NCBI GenBank assembly: GCA_937908115.1
Contig: CALEQZ010000041.1
Span: 73,544 to 137,543, forward strand
Length of the DNA stretch: 64,000 nt
Direction of reading: 5' to 3'
From: an uncultured Alcaligenaceae bacterium
Lineage (GTDB): Bacteria; Pseudomonadota; Gammaproteobacteria; Burkholderiales; Burkholderiaceae_B
Positions 18,870 through 27,863 of this stretch are shown one piece after another (within the stretch, counting starts at the first letter, position 1; every line of letters begins with the position of its first letter). Below the pieces are notes generated by a model. It made no database searches and was not told where the DNA came from. It saw only the letters and a program-made list of their open reading frames with translations. A program made the position numbers and the translations under genes.

Positions 18870-18882
18870 TAGGTCGCCCAAT

Positions 18883-18909
18883 GGCCGCGCGGTCGCGGCC
18901 CTTTGGGGG
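18883..18909 (+). terminator. terminator-like hairpin after the aldehyde dehydrogenase gene
   Basis: GGCCGCG-CGGT-CGCGGCC is followed by CTTTGGGGG, which is a weak T-tract. Confidence 0.35.
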
Positions 18910-19016
18910 CGTGGGGCTGGGTTGCCCGCCCGGGCGCGTGGCCAGCCGGTCGGGTGCATCGATGACGGTTATGCAGTACTGGAGTTGACGCAGTTCCTAC
19001 CCTGGAGGAAACCCGC

Positions 19017-20006
19017 ATGAAGACTCGAAAACAGGCTCGCGTTCGACTGTTTGCCCGCTGGTGCTGCGCACTGTTTGCATTGGCCTTGGCCGGCGCGGCG
19101 CATGCTGCGTCTTATCCGCAGCAGGCCGTCACGCTCATCGTGCCCTTCCCGCCGGGCGGCACGACCGACATCGCTGCGCGCACCATGGCGCAGGCCATGG
19201 AAAAGGCCCTTGGCCAATCCATCGTCGTCGACAACCGCGCCGGCGCCGGGGGCAACATCGGCATGGCCGCCGTCGCCCGTGCCAAGCCCGACGGCTACAC
19301 CATCGGCATGGGGACCATCGGCACGCAGGCGATCAATCAGTTCTTGTACAAGGACATGGCCTTCGACCCGGCGACGGACTTCGAGCCCATCGCCTTGGTC
19401 ATGAGCACGCCCAACGTCATCGCCGTCAATGCGCAGTCTGACATCCGAAGCATGCAGGACCTGGTCCGGGCGGCCAAGGCCCGCAAGCTGAGCTACGCCT
19501 CGCCGGGCGTGGGGTCTTCGGTCCACCTGACCGGCGCCCACCTGGAGCAGGAGCTGCGCGTGGAAATGCTGCATGTCCCGTTCAAGGGCGTGGCGGCCTC
19601 CATGCCGGCGCTTATCGGCGGCCAGGTCGATATCCTGCTCGATAACCTGCCCAGCACGCTCGCGCAGATCAAGGACGGCTCCAAGGTGCGCGGCATCGCC
19701 GTGACCTCGGCCGAGCGTTCCCCCTCGGTGCCCGACATCCCGACCGTTGCCGAAACGGCCGTGCCAGGGTTTTCGGTCACGGCCTGGTTCGCGCTTTACG
19801 CACCCAAAGGCACGCCGCGTGAAGCGTTGGACAAACTGATACAGGCGGCCAAGCAGGCGCTTGCGTCCAAGGACGTGCAGGATCGCTTCCAGGCACTGGG
19901 TGCGCAAGCCGGCAACCTCGCCGGCGAAGACTTGCGCGCGTTCGAAAAGGAAGAGCGCCAGCGCTGGGGCAAATTGGTCAAGGAGCGCAACATCGCGCCA
20001 AAATGA
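19017..20006 (+). CDS. Bug/TctC-family periplasmic solute receptor (copy 2)
   Basis: It has a signal peptide, SYPQQAVTLIVPFPPGGTTDIAAR, and YASPGVGSSVHL. Confidence 0.9.
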   Translation: MKTRKQARVRLFARWCCALFALALAGAAHAASYPQQAVTLIVPFPPGGTTDIAARTMAQAMEKALGQSIVVDNRAGAGGNIGMAAVARAKPDGYTIGMGTIGTQAINQFLYKDMAFDPATDFEPIALVMSTPNVIAVNAQSDIRSMQDLVRAAKARKLSYASPGVGSSVHLTGAHLEQELRVEMLHVPFKGVAASMPALIGGQVDILLDNLPSTLAQIKDGSKVRGIAVTSAERSPSVPDIPTVAETAVPGFSVTAWFALYAPKGTPREALDKLIQAAKQALASKDVQDRFQALGAQAGNLAGEDLRAFEKEERQRWGKLVKERNIAPK

Positions 20007-20061
20007 CCGGGGATGCAATCCGTTTTGTTTGGAAGGTAGATAGGTGAACGAGCTGAAATCG

Positions 20062-21609
20062 ATGAACGGGGCAGACAGCCTGTGCGACACCTTGTTGGCC
20101 AATGGCGTGGACGTTTGCTTTGCCAACCCGGGGACGTCCGAAATGCACTTCGTCGCGGCGCTGGACCGCAAGCCCGCGATGCGCTGCGTGCTCGGGCTGT
20201 TCGAAGGCGTGGTCACCGGCGCGGCCGACGGCTATGCGCGCATGGCCGACAAACCGGCCGCCACGCTCCTGCACCTGGGGCCCGGCATGGCCAACGCGCT
20301 GGCCAACATGCATAACGCCCGGCGCGCGGCCACGCCCATGGTCAATATCGTGGGCGACCATGCCACGCACCATCTTCGGCATGATGCACCCCTGCATACC
20401 GACATCGAAAGCCTGGCGCGGCCGATGTCCGACTGGGTGCGCCGCATCCGCTCGGCCGATGACGTCTCGCCCGCTGCGGCCGCGGCCATCGAGGCGGCCA
20501 CCGCTGCCCCAGGCGGCGTGGCCACGCTCATCCTGCCGGCTGACGCCGCCTGGCAGCCGGCCGTGCCGGGCGTGCACAAGGCAAGGCGGCAGGCGCCGCC
20601 GCAGGTCGACGAGGCCACGGTGGCGCACGCGGCGGCAGCGCTGCGCAATGGGCGCAAGACGGTCCTGCTCCTGTCGGGCAAGGCCCTGCGCGCGGGCGCG
20701 CTGGAAATCGCCGGCCGCATCGCCGCCAAGACCGGCGCCCGGCTGCTTGCGCAGCAGTCCAACGGCCGCATCGAGCGCGGCGCAGGCCGTGTCCCCGTCG
20801 AACGCGTGCCTTTCTCGGTCGATGCCGCCTTGCAGGCGCTGGACGGTACCGAGCAGCTCATCCTCGTCGGCGCCCGCGTGCCCGTGGCCTTTTTCGCCTA
20901 TCCTGGCAAGCCCAGCGTCTTGATCCCGGAAAACTGCCAGGTCATCACGCTGGCGCCGCCTTCCCACGACTTGCTCGATGCGCTGGAAAAACTGGCCGAC
21001 GCCGTCGGCGCCGGGCCCGCCGTGAAGGCTGTCGTCGCCGAGCGGGGCGACCTGCAGTTGCCGGCCGGCAAGCTCGACGCCAGCGCGGTCATCCAGGCCA
21101 TCGGTGCCCTGTGCCCCGACAACGCCGTCATCTGCGACGAATCGGTCAGCTCCGGCCGCGACTCATTCAAGTGGACGTGGAACGCCGCACCCCACGACTT
21201 CCTGCAGATCACCGGCGGCGCCATCGGCATCGGCCTGCCGCTGGCCACGGGCGCGGCCGTTGCCTGTCCCGACCGCAAGGTCATCCTCATGCAGGCAGAC
21301 GGCAGCGGGATGTACACCCCGCAGGCTTTGTGGACCCAGGCCCGCGAAAACCTAGACGTCGTCACGGTCGTATTCGCCAACCGCACCTACGCCATCCTGC
21401 GCAACGAGCTGCGCATGATGGGCGCGGGCGAGCCCGGCCGCAACGCGCAACGCATGCTGGACCTGGATTCGCCGTTCATCGATTGGGTCGGCTTGGCCAC
21501 GTCCATGGGCGTGGAGGCCGCGCGCGCAGAGGATGCGGGCCGGTTCGTCGACTTGCTGCGTGCGGCGCTGGCGCGCAAGGGGCCGTTTTTGATCGAGGCG
21601 GTGGTGTGA
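20062..21609 (+). CDS. thiamine diphosphate-dependent enzyme (acetolactate synthase large-subunit-like)
   Basis: ORF 20044..21609 starts with GTG, and the ATG at 20062 gives the family-typical N-terminus MNGADSLCDTLLANGVDVCFANPGTSEMHFVAALD. A C-terminal ThDP motif region is present (LMQADGSGMYTPQALWT...NRTY). Confidence 0.85.
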   Translation: MNGADSLCDTLLANGVDVCFANPGTSEMHFVAALDRKPAMRCVLGLFEGVVTGAADGYARMADKPAATLLHLGPGMANALANMHNARRAATPMVNIVGDHATHHLRHDAPLHTDIESLARPMSDWVRRIRSADDVSPAAAAAIEAATAAPGGVATLILPADAAWQPAVPGVHKARRQAPPQVDEATVAHAAAALRNGRKTVLLLSGKALRAGALEIAGRIAAKTGARLLAQQSNGRIERGAGRVPVERVPFSVDAALQALDGTEQLILVGARVPVAFFAYPGKPSVLIPENCQVITLAPPSHDLLDALEKLADAVGAGPAVKAVVAERGDLQLPAGKLDASAVIQAIGALCPDNAVICDESVSSGRDSFKWTWNAAPHDFLQITGGAIGIGLPLATGAAVACPDRKVILMQADGSGMYTPQALWTQARENLDVVTVVFANRTYAILRNELRMMGAGEPGRNAQRMLDLDSPFIDWVGLATSMGVEAARAEDAGRFVDLLRAALARKGPFLIEAVV

Positions 21610-21624
21610 GGGGCCTGGGGCCTA

Positions 21625-22460
21625 TCACAACTTGATCCATTCCCCGAGATGCAGGAACACCGTCGACACCCGCCGAAGATGCCGGGACTCCGGGTGCGTA
21701 AGCAGCCACAGCTCGGCATGGCAATCTTCCAGGGGGCCGGTCAAGGCGACCAAATCCTTGCGTATGCGGGCCAGGAAGACCGGCAGTATGCCTACGCCCA
21801 TGCCGGCAGCCACCATTTCCATGACGGTCAGTAAGCTGCTGACGCGATAGCGCGGCACTGCCCGGGGGTAATGGCGCTTGCGCCACAGCACGGACGGATG
21901 CTCCGGCAGCGTGTCGTCCGGCGCGATCCAGACGGCCTTGCCTGCCTCCACGTCCTTGTAGCGGATGCCACTGGCCTTGCCGGCATAGAGCGCCATCCGG
22001 ATCGGCCCAATGCGCTTGCCCACGAGGTGCTGCGGCGGCCGGATGGTGGCGCGCACCGCTATGTCGGCCTCGCGCCGAGTCAGGCTGCTCAGCTCATTGC
22101 CGGCATGCAGTTCGTACTCGAGCAAGGGATGCACGGTTGCAAGGCTGCGCAGCGCCGGAGTGATCAGCCCGTGCATGCAGGTGTCCGTGCTGGTGATCCG
22201 CACGGTTCCTGATACCTGGTCTGGCGTCAGCCGCAGGGCGGAGCGCGCCTGTTCGAGCTGCACCTCGACCTGTTCGGCATGTTCGCCAGCAGTTGGGCCT
22301 GGTCTGAGGGCAGGTAGCCTGCGCGCGTGCGCTCGAACAAGCGCTGGCCCAGCCCGCGCTCAATGCGGCGGATCGCACGAAAGACGGTCGAGGCGTCGAC
22401 GCCCAGGCGTTCGCCAGCGCCGGCCAGGGTGCCGGCACGCTGGTCCCTGGACGATTGCAC
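21625..22460 (-). pseudogene. LysR-family regulator, frameshifted and lacking a convincing N-terminus
   Basis: The effector domain is intact in ORF 21625..22263. The HTH (AGTLAGAGERLGVDASTVFRAIRRIERGLGQRLFERTRAGY) lies in another frame (ORF 22227..22460). The frames join only if one nucleotide is added near 22285 (..QLLA / EHAEQVEVQLEQA..). The HTH frame is closed by TAG at 22506..22508, and only a GTG is available as a start. Confidence 0.55.
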
Positions 22461-22473
22461 GCGCCGGGAGCCG

Positions 22474-22635
22474 GTGGTCGACGCGATCCTGGGCCGCGTG
22501 GTGCGCTATGTGGGCTGGCGCAAGTGCATGCGCTGTGGCCACCCGTTCTGGTCCGAGGACGTGCAGCGCCTGCGGCTGTGCACCGGCCAGCCCGACCGCC
22601 GGGGCTGCCGCAACCGGCAGGATGAGGGTTTCTAA
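22474..22635 (+). CDS. small Cys-rich hypothetical protein (possible zinc ribbon)
   Basis: This is the 3' part of ORF 22327..22635 from a GTG at 22474, with GGGAG just upstream. The sequence VDAILGRVVRYVGWRKCMRCGHPFWSEDVQRLRLCTGQPDRRGC has very high third-position GC, which argues that this frame is coding here. Confidence 0.35.
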   Translation: MVDAILGRVVRYVGWRKCMRCGHPFWSEDVQRLRLCTGQPDRRGCRNRQDEGF

Positions 22636-22721
22636 AAAGCCTGGCAGGGCACTGCATCCCTGCCGGCGTGCTGGACCGGGTCGAAGCGGGTAAAGCCGAT
22701 TTCCGTCATCGAACATGAAAA

Positions 22722-22811
22722 TGGCGGTGGGTCAGGGATTCGAACCCTGGAAGGGGTTGCCCCCTTGCTGGTTTTCAAGACCAGTGCCTTAAACCGCTCG
22801 GCCAACCCACC
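22722..22811 (-). tRNA. tRNA-Ser(UGA)
   Basis: The reverse complement is GGTGGGTTGGCCGAGCGGTTTAAGGCACTGGTCTTGAAAACCAGCAAGGGGGCAACCCCTTCCAGGGTTCGAATCCCTGACCCACCGCCA. It has anticodon loop CU-UGA-AA, a long variable arm, and T loop TTCGAAT. Confidence 0.93.
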
Positions 22812-22931
22812 GTGTCGCGGCGCGCCAGCATGGCGCGCCGGCTGTGTGTGCCTTAGCGCACTGGGCGCCCGCCGGCGGCCTGCGCCAAGAAGGGCGCATA
22901 ATAATCCATTTGACGTGAGGAGACCGAACCC

Positions 22932-23909
22932 ATGCGCGCGATAGAGATCTCGCAGCCCGGCGGGCCGGAAGTGCTGGTCCCCGTGGAGCGGCCGCGTCCC
23001 GAACCCGGGCCTGGAGAGGTGTTGATCAAGGTGTCGGCCGCCGGCGTGAACCGGCCGGACGTCGTCCAGCGCCAAGGCCGCTATCCGCCGCCACCGGGCG
23101 CATCCGACCTGCCGGGGTTGGAGATCGCAGGCGAGATCGTCGCCGGTGATGCGGCCGCGGGCGGCCTGCGCATCGGCGACAAGGTGTGCGCGCTGGTGGC
23201 CGGCGGCGGGTACGCCGAATATTGCGTGGCGCCCGCCCAGCAATGTCTGCCCATCCCCAAGGGGCTGTCCGAGGTCGAGGCAGCGGGCCTGCCGGAAACC
23301 TTTTTCACTGTGTGGAGCAACGTCTTTGACCGCGGCCGGTTGGCGCCGGGCGAGACCCTGCTGGTGCACGGCGGGGCGAGCGGCATCGGCACGACGGCGA
23401 TCCAGTTGGCCACGGCCCGCGGCCACAAGGTCTACGCCACTGCCGGCAGCGACGACCGTGTCCGCGCCGTCGAGGCGCTGGGCGCGGTCAAGGGCATCAA
23501 TTACCGCACCCAGGATTTCGTCGAGGAAATCAAGCGCGCCACGGATGGCCGCGGCGTGGACGTAATCCTGGACATGGTCGCAGGCGACTACGTCGGCCGT
23601 AACCTGCAATGCCTGGCCGACGACGGACGCGCTGTCATCATCGCGGTGCTGGGTGGCACCAAGGCGGCGATCGACGCCGGCCAGGTGCTGCGCCGGCGCC
23701 TGACCATCACCGGCTCGACGCTGCGCCCGCGCCCGGTGGCCTTCAAGGCCGCGATCGCACAGGCCCTGCGCGAGCAGGTCTGGCCGCTGCTGGAGCAGGG
23801 CAAGATCAAGCCCGTGGTGCACGCCACCTTCCCACTCGAGCGGGCCTGTGACGCGCATGCGATGATGGACGCGGGCGAGCACATCGGCAAGATCATCCTG
23901 ACGGTGTAG
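22932..23909 (+). CDS. NAD(P)H:quinone oxidoreductase (zinc-independent MDR family)
   Basis: 325 aa with MRAIEISQPGGPEVL, GEVLIKVSAAGVNRPD, and the cofactor loop LVHGGASGIGTTAIQLA. Confidence 0.9.
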   Translation: MRAIEISQPGGPEVLVPVERPRPEPGPGEVLIKVSAAGVNRPDVVQRQGRYPPPPGASDLPGLEIAGEIVAGDAAAGGLRIGDKVCALVAGGGYAEYCVAPAQQCLPIPKGLSEVEAAGLPETFFTVWSNVFDRGRLAPGETLLVHGGASGIGTTAIQLATARGHKVYATAGSDDRVRAVEALGAVKGINYRTQDFVEEIKRATDGRGVDVILDMVAGDYVGRNLQCLADDGRAVIIAVLGGTKAAIDAGQVLRRRLTITGSTLRPRPVAFKAAIAQALREQVWPLLEQGKIKPVVHATFPLERACDAHAMMDAGEHIGKIILTV

Positions 23910-24024
23910 TTCCGCGGCGCCCGGCCCGCGATTCGCTCCGGGGCGGGCGCTTGGCGCACCGCCTGGCCCTGGCCGGGCGCGACAGGATACAATACTGGGT
24001 TTGTCCCGATTTGTATCCTGACCT

Positions 24025-24774
24025 ATGAACGCAGAGTCCTCGCGCCGGCGGCTGGTGCTCGGCAATTGGAAGATGAACGGCAGCCTTGCCGCCAATGCCC
24101 GGCTGCTTGCCGACGTGCGTGCCGGCGCCGCACAGGCCGGCCAGTGCGAGATCGGCGTTTGCGTGCCATTTCCCTACTTGGCGCAGGCCGCCCAGGCGCT
24201 CGACGGCGGGCCGGTATCCTGGGGGGCGCAGGACGTCAGCGCCCACGCCAGCGGCGCCTACACCGGCGAGGTGTCGGCCGCCATGCTGACGGATTTCCGT
24301 TGCCGCTGGGTGCTGGTCGGGCACTCCGAGCGCCGGGCCATGCACGGCGAAACCGACCAGCTCGTGGCCGAGAAGGCCCGCGCGGCGCTGGCCGCCGGCC
24401 TGACACCCGTGGCCTGCGTGGGCGAAACCCTCGAGCAGCGCGAATCCGGCCAGACGCTGGCGGTGATTGAACGGCAGCTGGCGCCATTGCTGGCGCTGGG
24501 TCGCGACGACGTCGCCCGCATGGTGCTGGCTTATGAGCCGGTCTGGGCCATCGGCACCGGGCGTACCGCGTCGCCCGAGCAGGCCCAGGAGGTCCATGCG
24601 GCGATCCGCCAGGCGCTGGTCGACCTGGGGGCGCCGGACGTGCGCGTGCTGTATGGCGGCAGCGTCAAGGCGGCCAACGCCGCCAGCCTGTTTGCCATGC
24701 CCGATATCGACGGCGGCCTGGTCGGCGGCGCTTCCCTTGCGGCCGACGAATTCCTGCGCATCGCCGCAGCCTAA
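24025..24774 (+). CDS. tpiA: triosephosphate isomerase
   Basis: Supporting motifs are LVLGNWKMNGS, VLVGHSERR, AYEPVWAIGTG and LYGGSV. Confidence 0.95.
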   Translation: MNAESSRRRLVLGNWKMNGSLAANARLLADVRAGAAQAGQCEIGVCVPFPYLAQAAQALDGGPVSWGAQDVSAHASGAYTGEVSAAMLTDFRCRWVLVGHSERRAMHGETDQLVAEKARAALAAGLTPVACVGETLEQRESGQTLAVIERQLAPLLALGRDDVARMVLAYEPVWAIGTGRTASPEQAQEVHAAIRQALVDLGAPDVRVLYGGSVKAANAASLFAMPDIDGGLVGGASLAADEFLRIAAA

Positions 24775-24792
24775 AGTTTCCGGAGTCTTCGA

Positions 24793-25254
24793 ATGTCCTT
24801 GCTCCTTACCATCCTCCTGGTCGTCCAGGTCATCTCGGCGCTGTCCATCATCGTGCTCGTGCTGCTGCAACAGGGCAAGGGGGCGGACATGGGCTCGTCG
24901 TTCGGCAGCGGCTCGGCGGGCAGCCTGTTCGGCGCCACCGGTGCAGCCAATTTCCTGTCGCGAACCACCAAATGGTGCGCCGTGGTGTTCTTTGCCGCCA
25001 CGGCCGGACTGGCCTACATGGGGCACAACCCGGGCGGTGCGGATCACGGCGGCGTCATGCAGAACTATGACCGCTCGGTGCCGCAGGCACCCGCGGCGCC
25101 GGCCGCGCCCGACGCCAGCGTGCCCCAAGTGCCGGCGCCAGGCCCAGGCGCCGCGCCTGCCCAGCCGGACGCCCCGGTGCCCCAGGCTGCGCCGGCCCCG
25201 GCCGAGCAGCAGGCGCCGGCCCAATCCGGTGCTGCCGGCGAGACCAAGCAATAG
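24793..25254 (+). CDS. secG: preprotein translocase subunit SecG with a long Pro/Ala-rich C-terminal tail
   Basis: The N-terminal ~80 aa are typical SecG (LLVLLQQGKGADMGSSFGSGSAGSLFG plus a second TM). It lies downstream of tpiA and upstream of tRNA-Leu. Confidence 0.9.
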   Translation: MSLLLTILLVVQVISALSIIVLVLLQQGKGADMGSSFGSGSAGSLFGATGAANFLSRTTKWCAVVFFAATAGLAYMGHNPGGADHGGVMQNYDRSVPQAPAAPAAPDASVPQVPAPGPGAAPAQPDAPVPQAAPAPAEQQAPAQSGAAGETKQ

Positions 25255-25320
25255 CGTGATAAAATAATCGGCTCGCCAGGTCGAGTTGCGCAAAGCAGCC
25301 CGGCTGGCAGTCAAACCCAA

Positions 25321-25405
25321 GCCGTCGTGGTGGAATTGGTAGACACGCTATCTTGAGGGGGTAGTGGCGAAAGCTGTGCGAGTTCGAGTCTCGCCGACGG
25401 CACCA
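25321..25405 (+). tRNA. tRNA-Leu(GAG)
   Basis: GCCGTCGTGGTGGAATTGGTAGACACGCTATCTTGAGGGGGTAGTGGCGAAAGCTGTGCGAGTTCGAGTCTCGCCGACGGCACCA. It has anticodon stem CTATC/GGTAG, loop TT-GAG-GG, and a type II variable arm. Confidence 0.93.
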
Positions 25406-25446
25406 CAGGATTCAAAGGCCGGCGCCCGTCCGGCCAGCGCTTGAAG

Positions 25447-25486
25447 CCCGCCGTTCCCGTCCAGGGAAGGCGGGTTTTTCGTTTTT
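25447..25486 (+). terminator. hairpin with T-run between tRNA-Leu(GAG) and the convergent amidohydrolase gene
   Basis: CCCGCCGTTCCC-GTCCA-GGGAAGGCGGG has one bulge and is followed by TTTTTCGTTTTT. Confidence 0.6.
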
Positions 25487-26759
25487 ACTGCTGCCGCATC
25501 AGCCAATCGACGGCCACGTCCACGGCGTTCATGAAATCGGCGATGGTCATGGCTTCGCCAGGGTTGTGGCTGCCGTTTTCGTTGCGCACGAAGAGTAGCC
25601 CGATAGGCACGCCGGCCTCGCAAAAGACTGCCGCATCGTGCGAAGCCGGGCTGGCCAGTGGCATGGCCGGGATGCCGCGCGCCTGGGCGAGTGCGGCAAA
25701 TTGGTCGCGGATGGCGGGGTGCGCCTTGGCCACGGGTGCCCGGGTTTGTCGTCCCAGCTCGATGGTCACGCCGCAGCTGTCCTGCAGCGAAGCGACGATG
25801 CCCAGCACGGCTTCGTGCAGCGCCTGCACGTCGTCCTCATCGTAGGCTCGCACGTCCAGGCTGAAGGTGGCGCGCCCGCACACCTTGGTCATCGCCTCTG
25901 TAGCCGGATCGGTATGCAGTCGCCCGACGGTGAACGCCATGGGCCGCGAGTGGCTATCCCAGTCGCGCCAGAGTGCATCCAGTTCGGCAACGAAGCGGGT
26001 GGCTGCGACCAGCGCGTCACGGCGAAAGCGCCGCGGCAATCCCACGTGGGCGGTCTGGCCGGTCACGGTGACATGGGGATAGCGGAAGTTCCCAGGGATG
26101 CCCGTGCCTATGCCCAGGCAGGCGCCGGCTTCGACCAGGCTGGGTGCCTGTTCGATGTGGATTTCGATGAAGGCGCGGATGCGGGCCGGGTCGAGGAATG
26201 GCTGCCCTTGGATCAACGCGTCCGGATCGCCGCCGTAATCACGCATGTGTTCGGCAAGCGTGCGTCCTGTGTCGACGCGCCGGCATTGCAATGCGTCGGC
26301 AGCCAGCTTGCCCAGCGCCGCGCGGCTGCCAATGTAGGAGGTCTGGAACCAGGCGCTTTCCTCGGCGCGCACGCCCATGACCGTGACGTCGCAGGACGGC
26401 GTGACGCCTAGCTGGCGCAAGGCGGATACAGCGGCCAAGCCGGCGATCACGCCGGCGGCTCCGTCGAAGTTGCCGCCTTGTGCGACCGAATCCAGGTGGG
26501 ACCCAAACAGGATGGCCGGGGCGCCCGGGTTGCGGCCGGGCAAGGTCATGTAGGTGTTTAGCGCAGCATCGCGCTCAACGCGCAGGTCCATGGACTGCGC
26601 TTGGCCGGCCAGATAATCGTGGGCAAACTGCTCACCGTCGCCATAGGACGGCCGGGTGATGCCAGCCACAGGGTCGGCCGTGCGCGCCGCAAGCGTATCG
26701 AACCAGCGCTCCACCTGCGCACGCACCGCGGAGCGCACGGTCTCGTCATAAACCGCCAT
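25485..26759 (-). CDS. M20-family Zn-dependent amidohydrolase (hydantoinase/carbamoylase-type amidase)
   Basis: 424 aa with ILFGSHLDSVAQGGNFDGAAGV and GVRAEESAWF, as in allantoate amidohydrolase and N-carbamoyl-amino-acid hydrolase relatives. Confidence 0.88.
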   Translation of the reverse strand: MAVYDETVRSAVRAQVERWFDTLAARTADPVAGITRPSYGDGEQFAHDYLAGQAQSMDLRVERDAALNTYMTLPGRNPGAPAILFGSHLDSVAQGGNFDGAAGVIAGLAAVSALRQLGVTPSCDVTVMGVRAEESAWFQTSYIGSRAALGKLAADALQCRRVDTGRTLAEHMRDYGGDPDALIQGQPFLDPARIRAFIEIHIEQAPSLVEAGACLGIGTGIPGNFRYPHVTVTGQTAHVGLPRRFRRDALVAATRFVAELDALWRDWDSHSRPMAFTVGRLHTDPATEAMTKVCGRATFSLDVRAYDEDDVQALHEAVLGIVASLQDSCGVTIELGRQTRAPVAKAHPAIRDQFAALAQARGIPAMPLASPASHDAAVFCEAGVPIGLLFVRNENGSHNPGEAMTIADFMNAVDVAVDWLMRQQ

Positions 26760-26762
26760 GGC

Positions 26763-27746
26763 TTACTGGAACTGAACGCCGGATTCCTTGATGACCTTGC
26801 CCCACTTTTCGGTTTCCTTGGCGGCATAGTCCATCATGGCTTGGGGCGGGCCACCAATCACCTCGTCGGTGCCCAGCTTGATCAGCTGCTGGCGGATTTC
26901 GGGATCGTCAAGCAAGCCGTTGAACATGGCGGTGAGCTTGTCTGCAACGTCCTTGGGCGTGCCGGGAGGGGCAACTAGGCCACCCCAGGCCACGCCTTCG
27001 AAACCGGGCAGCCTGCTTTCCGCGACGGTGGGGAGGTCGGGGAACGACGGGGAGCGCTGCAGGCTGGTGACGGCCAGTGCACGCAGCTTGCCGGCGCGGA
27101 TGTGGGGGCTGATGCTGGTCGTGTTGTCGAACAGCGCGTCGACCGTGCCCGCGATGACGTCGGTGGTGGCCTGGGGGCTGCCGCGATAGGGGATGTGCAA
27201 CAGTTTGATGCCCGAAGTGGCGGCCAGCAGCTCGCCGGTCAGGTGCCCCGACGTGCCCTGGCCCGGCGATGCAAAGGTGACTTTGCCCGGGTTGTCCTTA
27301 GCGTAGGCGATGAAATCGTCGAAGGTCTTGATGGGCAGCGATGGATTGACCGCCAGCACATTGGCGACCTTCATGACGAAGGCCACGGGCACCAATGTCT
27401 GAGGATCGTAGGGCAGTTCCTTGAACGCCGTGCGGTTGATCGCCAGGGTGACGTTGTTGGCGTAGCCGATGGTGTAGCCGTCCGGGGCCGCGCGGTAAAC
27501 CGCGGTAATGCCCGGGATGCCTGAGCCGCCGGGGCGGTTTTCGACGACGAAGGTGTGGTTATGACGCTCCTGGGCTTTTTGGGCAAGGAAGCGCATCAGC
27601 GTATCGGGCGTGCCGCCAGCCGCCGACGGGACGATCAGCGTGATCGGGCGTTCCGGAAATTCGGCATGCGCGGAAAAAGCGGCCAGTGAGAAAAACATGC
27701 CTGCGGCCGACGCCAGGCGCAGGACGCGCTGCAGCAGTGACGACAT
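26763..27746 (-). CDS. Bug/TctC-family periplasmic solute receptor (copy 3)
   Basis: Internal ATG (MSSLLQRV..) of ORF 26763..27782. It has a signal peptide, FPERPITLIVPSAAGGTPDTLMR, and FASPGQGTSGHL. Its stop lies 3 nt before the M20 gene start. Confidence 0.9.
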   Translation of the reverse strand: MSSLLQRVLRLASAAGMFFSLAAFSAHAEFPERPITLIVPSAAGGTPDTLMRFLAQKAQERHNHTFVVENRPGGSGIPGITAVYRAAPDGYTIGYANNVTLAINRTAFKELPYDPQTLVPVAFVMKVANVLAVNPSLPIKTFDDFIAYAKDNPGKVTFASPGQGTSGHLTGELLAATSGIKLLHIPYRGSPQATTDVIAGTVDALFDNTTSISPHIRAGKLRALAVTSLQRSPSFPDLPTVAESRLPGFEGVAWGGLVAPPGTPKDVADKLTAMFNGLLDDPEIRQQLIKLGTDEVIGGPPQAMMDYAAKETEKWGKVIKESGVQFQ

Positions 27747-27800
27747 CGTGATTCCCCTCGATATTACATCGTGGATAGCCAATTTATGTTGAACGATCCG

Positions 27801-27813
27801 GAATGAATCATTC
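27801..27813. promoter_or_regulatory. palindrome in an AT-rich divergent promoter region (candidate operator)
   Basis: GAATGA-A-TCATTC lies between the divergent Bug/M20 and MlrC-like genes. The local AT-rich tract stands out in a GC-rich genome. Confidence 0.25.
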
Positions 27814-27863
27814 GAATCGTTTTATGATGATACACAACATTCGTTTCCGATCGGACCGCTGAA

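Noticed and set aside
22632-25320. Long minus-strand ORFs 22632..24095 and 23893..25320.
   Set aside because: They overlap tRNA-Ser, qor, tpiA and secG, all of which are clearly recognisable on their own strand or frame. The translations are Arg/Gly/Pro-rich with no motifs.
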